A DNA stretch of 63,224 nucleotides from Anaeromyxobacter sp. (GCA_036391435.1 DASVZX010000144.1:1-63224); one strand, 5' to 3'. Shown: positions 1-10,097, numbered from the stretch's first letter. The notes: generated by a model not told the origin, from the letters alone. Translations and numbers: made by a program.

Positions 1-141
1 AGGTACATCGAGGGCTGGTACAACCCGCACCGCCGACACTCGGCGCTCGACTACCAGTCACCGGTGAACTACGAAAGGAAGTGCCTTGCTGCGGCTTAGC
101 CCACGCAGCCGCGCAGGCTCCACGGAACCGGATCAACTCCA
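1..141 (+). mobile_element. 3' end of an IS3-family element (transposase C-terminus 1-99 plus right end), inserted into an IS21 istA
   Basis: Frame 1 reads RYIEGWYNPHRRHSALDYQSPVNYE..* (IS3 integrase-core C-terminal motif). It is followed by ...CACGGAACCGGATCAACTCCA ending in CA at 141, where the istA fragment is cut. Confidence 0.8.
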
Positions 142-493
142 GTGGACGGGTCGTTGGCCGGATTTCGACCCGCGCCGGGGTCGGTGGACGTCCCGTTGGC
201 CGCTTTTGCCGGCGGCCGCCGCCCCCAGCCCCGCGGCGGGCGCACCGGGACCCCGGCCGCCTTGAGGTACGCGCTCGCCGTCTCGCGGCGCACGCCCGTC
301 GCATCCTCGATGCGCCGCAGCGGCCATCCGAGACGGCCCAGCGCCACCACCTGTTGCTTCTTCTCGTCGCTCAAGACGTTGGCCATCCGGCGAGGGGCCA
401 TGCCCTCCCGCCTTCGTCAACGTCTCGAGTCCTCAGCTCCGTTGGCCGGTTTTCAGCCGTCCATCACTGGCCGGTTTTGGCCGTCCACCGAGG
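142..493 (-). mobile_element. istA: IS21-family left end and interrupted istA N-terminus (ATG at 386)
   Basis: MANVLSDEKKQQVVALGRLGWPLRRIEDATGVRRETASAYL is an HTH-type IstA start. Tandem TGGCCGGTTTT(C/G)NGCCGTCCA terminal repeats lie at 442-491. Confidence 0.7.
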
Positions 494-617
494 AAGACTG
501 CCGCGACCCTCGCCTTGTGGACTGTGCATCCGTGCCTCCTCGCGGTGAGGCGCGAGGGTGCACGACGCCCTGCCGTCCGGCGGCCTCGCCGGGCGGTGGC
601 ACTCCACGTTCGTTCAG

Positions 618-770
618 GCGATCTGCTTGGCCGAACCAGCCGCGATCAGTTTGGCCGAACCAGCCTCGTCGACGCGGCGCGCCGTGCGGTCCGCTTGGGC
701 GAACCAGCGGCGATCACTTTGGCCGAACCAACCGCGATCAGCTTGGCCGAACCACGGGCGATCTCTTACG
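618..770. repeat. Array of 21-bp direct repeats (GCGATCAGCTTGGCCGAACCA consensus), mostly 24-bp period
   Basis: Copies start at 618, 642, 686, 710 and 734, with a partial copy at 758. Confidence 0.85.
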
Positions 771-956
771 CCGGTCCATCACAAAGGCTGTCCACGTGGT
801 TCGTGTACGCGCGGGGGCTGGACGGAGTAAGCCAGCTCCGTCAAGGGCACCGCCGCCCAGTTCGGGCAATACGGCGGTGCTTCGCGACGAGTGAACCGCG
901 GACAGCAGCTTCCCGCAGGCAGTCGACGAGGGTGCACGTGGACAAAGCGGGCGGCG

Positions 957-1412
957 CTAGCGAAACCATTCGGCCAGGAAGATCGCTGCTCCGAACAGCA
1001 CGAATAGCATCACGATCGTTGCGATCCAGAACCTTGATGCGCGGGGCCGCTGACGGGCGGCCTCGGGAAAAGAAGTGGACGCATCCGTCTTCGACAGTCG
1101 CCGACCATGACCGTCGTCACCGCACCAGGAACAAGCTCGCTGAGCGAACGTGTAGGACAGCCACTGCCCGAATGGCGCGTCGAAGACCACGCGGTGACCG
1201 CACGCGCGGCAGCGAACAGTCGCCGCAATCATGATCGCAAGCGGTCCGGCGACCATGCCAATGATTGCTCCGTAGAAGGACATCGGCCAGGTCGCCTGGA
1301 AGAACAAGAAGAATGCGTATGCCTCACCGCCGAGCAATACGAACTCGGCGAAGCGAAGCTTCCAGCGCTGACCGGAGCGATCCAGCCAAGTATCGCGCTC
1401 CCGCGCATTCAA
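957..1412 (-). CDS. Membrane protein with CxxC...CxxC motif; candidate Rhs immunity protein
   Basis: About 3 hydrophobic segments, CRAC and CSWC motifs; lies immediately downstream of the Rhs gene on the same strand. Confidence 0.55.
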   Translation of the reverse strand: MNARERDTWLDRSGQRWKLRFAEFVLLGGEAYAFFLFFQATWPMSFYGAIIGMVAGPLAIMIAATVRCRACGHRVVFDAPFGQWLSYTFAQRACSWCGDDGHGRRLSKTDASTSFPEAARQRPRASRFWIATIVMLFVLFGAAIFLAEWFR

Positions 1413-1466
1413 GGGCGCGTACCGATCCGACGTTTGTAGGCCAACGACACCGTCTTGCCGGCTCCG

Positions 1467-4400
1467 TCAACGTCCCGCTTGGCTGTTCACCAGGACCGTG
1501 TAGATGGAGTCCACAGTCGTCGAGTACCAAGCTTCAGCCGCCGATTCGAAAGCGACTTCATACGTGTACGCAAAGAAGAGCACACTGCCACCGAGCGCGA
1601 CTGTGCAGAGCGCCCCCTCGGCAAAAGGTGCGCCGACGATCTCAAGATAAGTGCCTGGAGTTGTCAACATGTACCACGACCCAGATGCAGCTTCCATCGG
1701 GGTGAGACCGCCGAGCAACTCGGTCGTGAGCGTCGTTGCTTCGTATGCGTGCCACACCGTAATGCCGCTCGCCACGGTCGCGGTGGTGGCAGCGAACGCT
1801 GTGCGAGGCAGGCGCATGAAGTTGTGGCCGAACTGATTCTTGAACTCCACGATGAACACGCGGCGGCCGACGCTCGACCCCGCCCCTATCCTGTCGCCGG
1901 CCCAGTTCCATTGAGAAGGCCGCGTCGGCGCGGTCACCACGATTTCCTCAGTGCCACCTTCGGGACGCGGGGCGTTCGGATCCGGGTCCGGAGGGGGAGG
2001 CGGCGGGGGTGGCGCATCGCCGGGGCCGCCCGAACAGTCTTTTTCGCACTTCGTCGGAACTCCTGCGTCCAACAATCCGGTTGGATCAATCCTGTTGATC
2101 GGATCGCCACGCACGTATGTATAAGCGAAGGGCGCGAGCGGGTCGGGCTGGAGAAAGGACCGCAACGCAGGGTAGTACACCCTCGCCCCCATCACGAGCA
2201 ACCCACCGCTGAGGCGCAGGCCGCCCGCGTACCCGATCTCGGAAGCTGTGTCGCCACTGTCGCCCACCGGAGCAACATCGAAGGTGCCGGACGGTGAGTA
2301 ACGGTAGTTCGCTCCGGTCCCTCCTCCGCCGAGCGTCGTCGCGACGACGCTTCCGAGGCGGTCACGGTGCAAGTACAGGGTGCGCGACGCTCCCGACCCG
2401 ATCCGCACGCTCGCGATGCGCTGTAGCCCTGCCATCACGTGGACGTCGGCCTGCATTGTCGAGGGATCGATGCCGCACGGAGAGGAGGCGCACGACGCCA
2501 GGATCGTTCCTTTCACGGTCGCGTGGGGGCCGATGTAGTACGTCAACGCGGTGCCGATTTGTCGCGAGAAGACCGCGCCGAACGGACCGTAGGCGAGCGA
2601 TTCGCTCGTTCCCCCTGCGCGCGTGATCGACGTGAGCCGATCGAGGAGATCGTATCCGAAGGTCTCGGTGCCCCCGGCAGTGCGCCAGAGCCGTCCGAAG
2701 ACATCATACTCGACGACCATCGACCCGACGCCCGTCACCGCGTCGGGGCCGGCCTGGGGCGTGGCCTCGATTCCCGTGCCGGCGTACGCGAAATCGGTGG
2801 TCATCCCGGAGTCACGGGTGAGCTCAACGTTTCCAAAGCTCGGGCCCGGGCCGAACTTGTTCGTCGTGCTGTAGCCCAGGCACAGCAGCCCCGCGTTCGT
2901 CGTCGCTCCGACGGGACGCGTGCGCGCTCCCACGAGTTGCCCCACATCCGAGTACCAGAACGCGTGCTCGGCCTGGTTGAGCACGTCGCGGTAGCCCTTC
3001 AGCTTGGTGCCTTGGTACGCCATCGAGTCCACGGAGTAGATCGCCTGTGCGGACCCGCCGGTGAACGACACGGATTCCGCCGAGCGAAGCCCACTGTATG
3101 GGTGGTACGACCAGGTCTGCTGCACGGCACCGGCGTCAACCTGAACTGACGAAAGCTTTCCCGCCGCGTCGTACGCCCCCGTGTTGGCGGGAACGTTTGG
3201 CGCGCTCCAGTGCATCGTCCCGCCGCTGGCGACCAGGACCGGTCGCCCTGCTGAGTCGTAGGAGGTCGCGAATCCGTACGTCAAGCCCCCGGGAGCTGCG
3301 AAGCTGGCCTGCGTCAGCGCGCCATCTTCTCGCGCCGCCCCCGTCGACGAGAACGGTTGGTCAAAGCCTGGAAGCCACTGGTCGCGCCGCGTGATTGACC
3401 CGTTCACGTCGTACGCGAGAGCGATCGTGGTGTTCCCGTTCCAGGCGGCGGCGATCCTGCCCTCCGTGTGCGTGTAGCCGCTCTTCCACGGAACGTCGTA
3501 TTGGAAGCTCGAGCTCGTCGAGCACGTGAGCGTTCCGGACGCGGCGCTGCACTGCGCGACGGACTTCACCCGGCCCTTGTCGTACGCGTAGTCGAGCTCG
3601 TCGTTCGTCTTCTCGAACACCACCCTGGACAGCAAGCCTGGCGCGCTCGGCTCGTATTCGAATCGGCGTGTGCCGCCGTTCGGATCGATGCGCTTTATGA
3701 CCCTGCCCATCATGTCCAGCACGACGGTGGACGCAATCGGCTGCTTCACGTTACCGACGACCTCGCGGACCGTTCCAGTCCTTCGGCCGATGAGATCGTA
3801 CTGCGGGCGTTCGATGTTCCCCTCGGCGTCGGCCGTCCACCGCAGGACGCCTGCCGCGTCGTAGAACGACTCGGGCCCCGCCGTCGACCCATTGACGTTG
3901 TTCTCGGCGGGAATCGTCTTGATCGCCAGGTATCCGGCGTTGGCGGTCGAATACGTGTACTTCGTCGCGAGCGCGTACCCGCTGCTCGAGAAGCTCGAGG
4001 AGCACGTGCCGGTGGCCGGCGCGCCGCTCGCGAAGTCACGGCGCGTCAGGCACGAGACGCGTCCCTGGGGGTCAAACGAACGGAACGTGGCGAGCACGAC
4101 GTCTCCGGCGTTCAGCTTGTCGAGCGGCGCGGTCCTGAGGTCGACGAACTGCGCGTTCGCGCTGAAGTAGGGGTCGACGTCCGCGACGACACGTCCCGCT
4201 CCGTCCAGCACGCGCGCGACGCTCACGCGATAATGGGTGAGGTCCTGAGTTATGTTCGCTCCCGTCGCGCTTGATCCCGTTCCGCCGAGTCGCTCCCGGA
4301 CCTGGACCTGTCGGCCAAGGCCGTCGAGGTACACGGTCGCGCGCCGTACGTCGCTCGACTCGGGCACCTCCGGATCCGTGTAGTCTCGCGGGACCACGAA

Positions 4401-6470
4401 CGTGAACGCGTCGATGGACGGCAACACCGACGGATTCGCCGGATCGAAGTCGTGGTACTTGAACGCCTGGACCGCGGACCGCACGTTCGTCCCGTCAATC
4501 GGCAGCCTCGCGACGATGCGCTGGCGCCCGACGGAATCATAGGCGACGTAGCTACGCAGCTTCTGATCCTCGGCCGTCGCGAAGGTGGACGACATGACGT
4601 ACGGCCCCGTGAGCTGAGCGGGCCGCCCGAACCCGTCGTACGCGACCTCCGTCACCAGCTTGACGTCGCCCCCGTCCGAGAGCTCGTCACGGGTCACGTT
4701 CAGATCGAAACCGTCGCCGTACGTGTACGAGTGCGTGTTGCCATTCGCGTCTGTCGTCGCCTGGACGTTCCCGCTGGTCGAATAAGCCCACGTCTGAACG
4801 ACGCTCCACTGGTCCGCGTTCGGCTTCGCCGGGTCCACCTGCGCCCGTAAGGTCCGGGGCAGGAACGTCGTCCAGTACTCGTACTTCGTGCCCTCGAGCC
4901 GGTTCCCGGAGGGATCGCTCTTCCAGGTCTCGCGCAAGCACCCCTTGCACGAGGCAGACGCGTCGAACCCCGCTTCGTAGGTGGACTGAATGACGTACGT
5001 GCCCGTGGGTCGCACGATCGTGATCTTTCCGAAGTTGCCGAACGCGTCGACATTGGAGCACTCGACCGAGCGGCGCGAGGTCCCTTCGGGCTTCGCCGTC
5101 TGCTCGATGACCGTGTACGGGATGACCGGATACTCGGTCGGCTCGCTCGCAGCTGGATCCGTGAACGTGCTCGGCATCGTGCACGAGGCCGAAGACAGGT
5201 AACGGAAGCCATTCCACAGCGACTGGGTGCTCATGACGCTCCAGTACTGGGGGGGAACCCCGGCGCTCGAGGGCGTCGGAACAAGTCCCGCGTTCGACTC
5301 GGCTCCACGCTCGACCTTTCGCGCCCATCCAATCAACGCGTGTGATCCGGTCTCCCAGAACGTCTTCTTCACGATCCGCGTGGTGTCGTCCTGCGACCAC
5401 GATTGCGCGAACCCCCGGTACTCGCCGTCCGCCGCGACGATCGGGGTCGAGTACCAGTAGTACGTCGCGCTCGTCGCAACCCCCGGCCCGTTGGTGGTGA
5501 CCGAGCTCAGCACCGGGTACCAGGTCGGGTTCATGCTCGTGTATACGAGGCCGTAAGCCTCTCCGTCGGTGTAGCCCAAGTCCGTGCGCGCCCCGGACGG
5601 CGTCACGAATGACGCGAGCGAGAACCCCTGATACCCGAAGCTCGTGATGAGCCGTTCGGGGCCCGCTTCCTGACCGATGTCGCTGATCGCGTCGAGGAAT
5701 CTGTAACCAGATGAACCGCACGTGATGCTCAGCTCGTATCGTCTCGTCGTGACGAGCCCGGTGGCGCCCTGTCCCTGGATTCTGATGTTCTTCAGGGCTG
5801 TCTGCGTGGGGCCACACGTCGTGGCTCCCGACAGATACTCGAGCGAGATCGTCGTTGCGTGCTGGCCCGAGCCATACGGGTTGTAATCGATTCGAACGAG
5901 CACCCAACCCAGTCCCGGAGCGGCGTCGCCGCTCCACGTGTACCTCGTCTCGTTTCCCTCCGGGTCGGTCACGCTGGCGAGCTCCCATCTCAGACTCGTC
6001 CCGATCTGCTGGAACGTCCAGACGTTCCCGACGCCGTCTCGGCCTTCCCACGTCGATGTCGTCGGCTGGGTCAGGTCGAGGTAGCTCGTTTCGATCTTCC
6101 TCGCGAAATGGCCGTTCCCGCCTCGCTGCGTGGCGCTGAGCGCAACGAGGGGGACCTCGTCCGAGGAGCGGTATGGCATGCCCTCCACCCAGTAGAAGGT
6201 TCCATCGCTGCGACCCTCGATCCTCGGCAGATCGATGAACCATCCCGATCCTTGCCCCGCCTCGTCGTCGGCGTTGTTGTACTTCCAGTAGGAAACCGGC
6301 ACGTGCCGCAACGCCAGCCGCGGCTGGAAGCGCCCGCGCGCTCGCGGCAGGTCGAAGCGATAGAGGTACGTCGGCAGGCCCTTCGACTCGTCAATCTGGA
6401 GTCCATCGTCAGGGCGGCCGATCTGCGCGGTCAGGACAGAGACGATCGCAGCCACGAGCTTTGCGTTCAT
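1467..6470 (-). CDS. SpvB/TcB-like N-terminus + YD/RHS repeat protein with Rhs core and ~200-aa C-terminal toxin tip
   Basis: N-terminal FDLPRARGRFQPRLAL...GSGWFIDLPRI, many YD repeats, and Rhs core GARVYYPALRSFLQPDP...DPINRIDPTG. The start MNAKL at 6470 overlaps the upstream stop (TGATG). Confidence 0.9.
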   Translation of the reverse strand: MNAKLVAAIVSVLTAQIGRPDDGLQIDESKGLPTYLYRFDLPRARGRFQPRLALRHVPVSYWKYNNADDEAGQGSGWFIDLPRIEGRSDGTFYWVEGMPYRSSDEVPLVALSATQRGGNGHFARKIETSYLDLTQPTTSTWEGRDGVGNVWTFQQIGTSLRWELASVTDPEGNETRYTWSGDAAPGLGWVLVRIDYNPYGSGQHATTISLEYLSGATTCGPTQTALKNIRIQGQGATGLVTTRRYELSITCGSSGYRFLDAISDIGQEAGPERLITSFGYQGFSLASFVTPSGARTDLGYTDGEAYGLVYTSMNPTWYPVLSSVTTNGPGVATSATYYWYSTPIVAADGEYRGFAQSWSQDDTTRIVKKTFWETGSHALIGWARKVERGAESNAGLVPTPSSAGVPPQYWSVMSTQSLWNGFRYLSSASCTMPSTFTDPAASEPTEYPVIPYTVIEQTAKPEGTSRRSVECSNVDAFGNFGKITIVRPTGTYVIQSTYEAGFDASASCKGCLRETWKSDPSGNRLEGTKYEYWTTFLPRTLRAQVDPAKPNADQWSVVQTWAYSTSGNVQATTDANGNTHSYTYGDGFDLNVTRDELSDGGDVKLVTEVAYDGFGRPAQLTGPYVMSSTFATAEDQKLRSYVAYDSVGRQRIVARLPIDGTNVRSAVQAFKYHDFDPANPSVLPSIDAFTFVVPRDYTDPEVPESSDVRRATVYLDGLGRQVQVRERLGGTGSSATGANITQDLTHYRVSVARVLDGAGRVVADVDPYFSANAQFVDLRTAPLDKLNAGDVVLATFRSFDPQGRVSCLTRRDFASGAPATGTCSSSFSSSGYALATKYTYSTANAGYLAIKTIPAENNVNGSTAGPESFYDAAGVLRWTADAEGNIERPQYDLIGRRTGTVREVVGNVKQPIASTVVLDMMGRVIKRIDPNGGTRRFEYEPSAPGLLSRVVFEKTNDELDYAYDKGRVKSVAQCSAASGTLTCSTSSSFQYDVPWKSGYTHTEGRIAAAWNGNTTIALAYDVNGSITRRDQWLPGFDQPFSSTGAAREDGALTQASFAAPGGLTYGFATSYDSAGRPVLVASGGTMHWSAPNVPANTGAYDAAGKLSSVQVDAGAVQQTWSYHPYSGLRSAESVSFTGGSAQAIYSVDSMAYQGTKLKGYRDVLNQAEHAFWYSDVGQLVGARTRPVGATTNAGLLCLGYSTTNKFGPGPSFGNVELTRDSGMTTDFAYAGTGIEATPQAGPDAVTGVGSMVVEYDVFGRLWRTAGGTETFGYDLLDRLTSITRAGGTSESLAYGPFGAVFSRQIGTALTYYIGPHATVKGTILASCASSPCGIDPSTMQADVHVMAGLQRIASVRIGSGASRTLYLHRDRLGSVVATTLGGGGTGANYRYSPSGTFDVAPVGDSGDTASEIGYAGGLRLSGGLLVMGARVYYPALRSFLQPDPLAPFAYTYVRGDPINRIDPTGLLDAGVPTKCEKDCSGGPGDAPPPPPPPPDPDPNAPRPEGGTEEIVVTAPTRPSQWNWAGDRIGAGSSVGRRVFIVEFKNQFGHNFMRLPRTAFAATTATVASGITVWHAYEATTLTTELLGGLTPMEAASGSWYMLTTPGTYLEIVGAPFAEGALCTVALGGSVLFFAYTYEVAFESAAEAWYSTTVDSIYTVLVNSQAGR

Positions 6471-7327
6471 CACGGCATGACCTCCACACTGGTGCAAACG
6501 CACCTGTTTCCGTTGCGCGCACAGACCCGGGTCTTCCCGGCCGCTGCTGCCCAGAACACGTTCGCCTGAAGCCGGGTGACGACGCGCTGCTCGTCGCTCG
6601 ACCATTCCGGATCGAGCGGGCCATCGGGAGAGCGCGCCTCGAACGAGAGCACCTCGCCGACGCGGAGGCGCGGGCGCTCCGGGCTGACGACGAAGCTCAC
6701 GTCGGGCGGGCCCGCGATCTCGACGCGTGCCTTTCCTGAGGCGCTCCCGAATCGCGCCTCGATCGTCGCGTTCCCAGGCAGACTACCTCCGCGAACGACC
6801 CCCTTTGTAGCGCTCGCTATTCGAAGAGCCGAACTCCACCACGAAATGGCGTCCGGCGGCACGACCTTCCCCGCCTCGGTGAGCACCCGAACGTTCGCGC
6901 TCTCATTCAGTCTCAGGCGGACGATCGGCGGGTCGACCCGGAGGCTCCGGGGAACGATGACGTCGACAACGAGGTACGACCCGCGATCGAAGCTGCGCAC
7001 GTTCGCGCGGCCTTCCGCGTGGGGCACGAATCGCCCCCATTCGTCGATGGAAAGGACGTCCGGCCGGTCGCTCTGCATCGTGCGCGGTGACGCGGCGCTT
7101 CCGACCGTCACGGGCGCGGCGACCGGCGTCTCAAGCGCTCCTATCGTGAGGTGCGCTTGCGTGAATCTCACGCCACCCAGCGCTCCGGATGCGGGCAACT
7201 CAGCGGCTTGCGGCGGTGCGGCACCTGCAGCCGAGTGGTCCTCGGCTGGACCGGGTCCGGAGCACTCGCATGCGGCGAATGCGGAGATGGCCGCGGCCAC
7301 GGCGGCGAGACGTGATCGGATGGCCAC
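6470..7327 (-). CDS. Lipoprotein with bacterial Ig-like (Big_2-like) domains
   Basis: Signal peptide ending in lipobox-like FAAC; WWSS..IASAT..GVVRG and WSSDE..VVT Ig-group-2-like repeats. Confidence 0.7.
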   Translation of the reverse strand: MAIRSRLAAVAAAISAFAACECSGPGPAEDHSAAGAAPPQAAELPASGALGGVRFTQAHLTIGALETPVAAPVTVGSAASPRTMQSDRPDVLSIDEWGRFVPHAEGRANVRSFDRGSYLVVDVIVPRSLRVDPPIVRLRLNESANVRVLTEAGKVVPPDAISWWSSALRIASATKGVVRGGSLPGNATIEARFGSASGKARVEIAGPPDVSFVVSPERPRLRVGEVLSFEARSPDGPLDPEWSSDEQRVVTRLQANVFWAAAAGKTRVCARNGNRCVCTSVEVMP

Positions 7328-7333
7328 GGCTCG

Positions 7334-7780
7334 CTATTGCGGCTGGCACTGCGGGGAGGCCCCGTCGCAGACGGCAGCGCAGGGATTGTCGGTCACGACC
7401 GGGCAGGCGGTGCCAGCGGCAAGGCGGGTGACGGTGCACGTCGACGTTCCGTTGCATGCCCTGCTCTCGCAAGGGCCTTCTGCCACACAGGTAATCTGGC
7501 TGCCGGTGCAGCGCCCACTTTGGCAGGCATCACCAAACGTGCACGCATTATTGTCATTGCACACAGTCCCGTCGGCCCGATAGTGCGGGGTCCAACCGTC
7601 CGTCGTGCATGTGTAGGAAATGCACGGATTGTAAGGCGGAGAGTTACCGCATGGCGAGGTGGCAACAGCCGGAGCGATCTCTACTGCCGCAAGTGAAGAC
7701 GACCCCATGAACGCGCCGGCAAGAGATGCTACGACGACGCCCCAGCAGCGCCCGTGCGTGACACGATTCTCGCGGTCCAT
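7334..7780 (-). CDS. Small secreted cysteine-rich protein (myxobacterial Cys-repeat type)
   Basis: Hydrophobic signal-like N-terminus followed by DGTVCNDNNACTFGDACQSGRCTG-type repeats; start uncertain (7780 vs 7855). Confidence 0.65.
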   Translation of the reverse strand: MDRENRVTHGRCWGVVVASLAGAFMGSSSLAAVEIAPAVATSPCGNSPPYNPCISYTCTTDGWTPHYRADGTVCNDNNACTFGDACQSGRCTGSQITCVAEGPCESRACNGTSTCTVTRLAAGTACPVVTDNPCAAVCDGASPQCQPQ

Positions 7781-8057
7781 CGTGACCCCCACGAATATCT
7801 CGTCGTCATCGGCACCGAGACGGGTGCAGGCAACGCGAGAACATCCCCAGTACACGATCCGTGAGGAGGCTCCTACTGCACCGAGAGTATGGTGTCAACC
7901 GCCTTCACGATGAGAGTGAGTCTTGATGATCCCTGCGGCAGCGAAGCCGAGCTTGGAGTGCCCTGTTTGTGATTTGTGACGCAGTCCGACGAAGCACCAA
8001 ACTTCCGAAGAGTTGACGGTTCTTCCGCAGGTACTTGAGCCACTTCCCGTCGCGCAT

Positions 8058-8786
8058 CGCGTCCCCAACCCAGCGCCGGTTCGGGTGGTCAGCCTTGAAC
8101 TCCTGGGCGAGGAGGTTCGGAGCCACCGGGTGGTCGTGGTCGCTCATCGTCGTGCACTTGAAGCGCTTGCGGACGCGCGCCTTGAGCCCTTCCTGCTGCA
8201 TGATCCGGATGACGCGCTTGCGGCTGACGAACACGCGGTAGGTCTTGGCGAGGTCGAGGTGGACCCGAGGGCTGCCGTAGAAGCGGCGGCCGCGCTCGTG
8301 CGATTCCCGGACGAGGATCGCAAGCCGCCGATCCTCGACCTCCCGAGCGGAGGGCGGTCGCCCGACGGAGGCGTAATAGCCTGCGCGCGAAACACCAAGC
8401 GCTCGGCAAAGCACCGTGATGGGATAGTCGGCTCTCTTGGCGTCGATGACCGCGAATCTCACCGACGGTGCTTGGCGAAGAGAACCGCCGCTTCTTTTAG
8501 GATGTCGCGCTCCATCCGCAGTTCGCGGACTTCCTTCCGCAGCCGCGCGAGCTCCTCGCGCTCGGCCGTGGTGAGCCCACCGGACTTGCCCCTGGTCCGA
8601 TCGGCGCGCGCGCGGTTCACCCACTCCTGGAGCGCCGAGGCGGTCAGATCGAGGTCGCGGGCGACCGCCGACACCGACTTGCCCTCGTCGAGGACGAGCC
8701 TGACCGCGCCCGCCTTGAACTCTTCCGTGAAGCTCCTGTGCTGCCGGCGTGCCTTCGTCGGCGTTGACTCTCGGTCCCTGTGTGAC
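8058..8786 (-). pseudogene. Truncated IS3-family transposase remnant (orfA ~8459-8770, orfB from 8462 cut at the first DDE Asp)
   Basis: RSFTEEFKAGAVRLVLDEGKSVSAVARDL..ELARLRKEVRELRMERDILK (OrfA). YPITVLCRALGVSRAGYY...PNRRWVGD (OrfB), after which homology stops. Confidence 0.85.
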
Positions 8787-8865
8787 TGACGTTCCCCCGA
8801 AAAACTGGACGGAAATGGACTTTAGAACTTCGCTTGGCTGAGTCCCTCAGGAAAGGGGATCGCCG

Positions 8866-9132
8866 ATGCGGAAGTCGAGGTTCACCGAGGAGCAGATCGC
8901 GCTGGCGCTGCGGCAGGTCGACGCCGGGGTGCCGGTCGCGGACCTGTGCCGGAAGCTGGGGATCAGCGAGCCGACCTTCTACGCCTGGAAGAAGAAGTAC
9001 GCCGGCATGGGCATCGTCGAGATGCGTCGGGTGAAGCAGCTCGAGGACGAGAACCGGCGGCTGAAGGGCCTAGTCGCGGATCTCACCCTGGACAAGCACA
9101 TGCTCCAGGAGGTCCTCCGAAAAAAGTTCTAA
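8866..9132 (+). CDS. IS3-family transposase OrfA
   Basis: MRKSRFTEEQIALALRQ...CRKLGISEPTFYAWKKKY..LEDENRRLK. Confidence 0.92.
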   Translation: MRKSRFTEEQIALALRQVDAGVPVADLCRKLGISEPTFYAWKKKYAGMGIVEMRRVKQLEDENRRLKGLVADLTLDKHMLQEVLRKKF

Positions 9133-9978
9133 AGCCCGGTGCGCTGCGCGAGCGCGCCCGGTGGATGATCCGGACGTTCAACGTCAGCACGCAGCGGGCT
9201 TGCCGAGTCGTCCGGCTCAATCGGTCGACGTTCTACTTGAAGAGCACCGCGAAGGACCAGACGCCGCTCCGGACGCGGCTGCGTGAGCTTGCTGCTGCGC
9301 GGCCGCGGTTTGGGTACCCGAGGCTCCACATCCTGCTCCGGCGGGAGGGCTGGCACGTGAACATCAAGCGCGTGTACCGTCTGTACAAGCTGGAAGGGCT
9401 GGAGGTCCGCACGAAGAAGCGCCGGAAGCGGGCGAGCCACCTCCGCGTGGTCCCGCCGGCGCCGACGGCAGCGAACGAGCGGTGGAGCATGGACTTCATG
9501 CGGGACACCTTCGACGACGGCAGGCCGTTCCGGATCCTGACGGTCGTCGACACGTTCACCCGCGAGTGCCCGCTCCTCGCAGCGGACACCTCGCTGACCG
9601 GGAAGACGGTCGCCGAGCTTCTCGACGGCATCGCCTCCGAGCGCGGCTACCCGAAGTCGATCACGGTCGACAACGGCACGGAGTTCTACTCGAAGGCGAT
9701 GGACTCGTGGGCGTACCAGCGCGGCGTGCAGCTCCAGTTCATCCGGCCGGGGAAGCCGGTCGAGAAACGCGTTCATCGAGAGCTTCAACGGGAGGCTGAG
9801 GGACGAGCTGCTGAATGGTGAGCTCTTCATGAACTTGCTTGATGCCCGCCGGAAGCTCGAGGCCTGGCGGCGGGACTACAACCAGAACAGGCCTCACAGC
9901 TCGATTGGCGACCTGACGCCGGTCGAGTTCGCCAACCAGATCAGGACGGGGACTCACACCCAGCGTGAAGTTTCATGA
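9120..9978 (+). pseudogene. IS3-family transposase OrfB with +1 frameshift near 9765
   Basis: WSMDF..DNGTEF..PGKPVE, then GAGAAACGCG (extra A). AFIESFNGRLRDELLN..YNQNRPHSS continues in another frame to TGA 9978. Confidence 0.85.
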
Positions 9979-10012
9979 AGTCTGAAACCGTCCAGGATTT
10001 GGGGGGACGTCA

Positions 10013-10063
10013 CCAAGCGAAGTTCTAAAGTCCATTTCCGTCCAGTTCTTCGGGGGAACGTCA
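10013..10063 (-). repeat. Inverted 51-bp copy of the IS left end abutting IRR
   Basis: Reverse complement of 8787-8837 with one mismatch. Confidence 0.95.
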
Positions 10064-10097
10064 ACGGCGCTCACGAGGCTGGCGCGCTCGTCGAACG

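Larger units (their letters stand above)
8787..10012 (+). mobile_element. IS3-family (IS407-group-like) insertion sequence, full length
   Basis: IRL TGACGTTCCCCCG at 8787 and IRR GGGGGGACGTCA ending at 10012; orfA/orfB organisation with an AAAAAAG slippery site near 9120. Confidence 0.9.

Noticed and set aside
618-770. CRISPR array
   Set aside because: Spacers are only 3 bp (one 23 bp), the repeats are degenerate and no cas genes are present.
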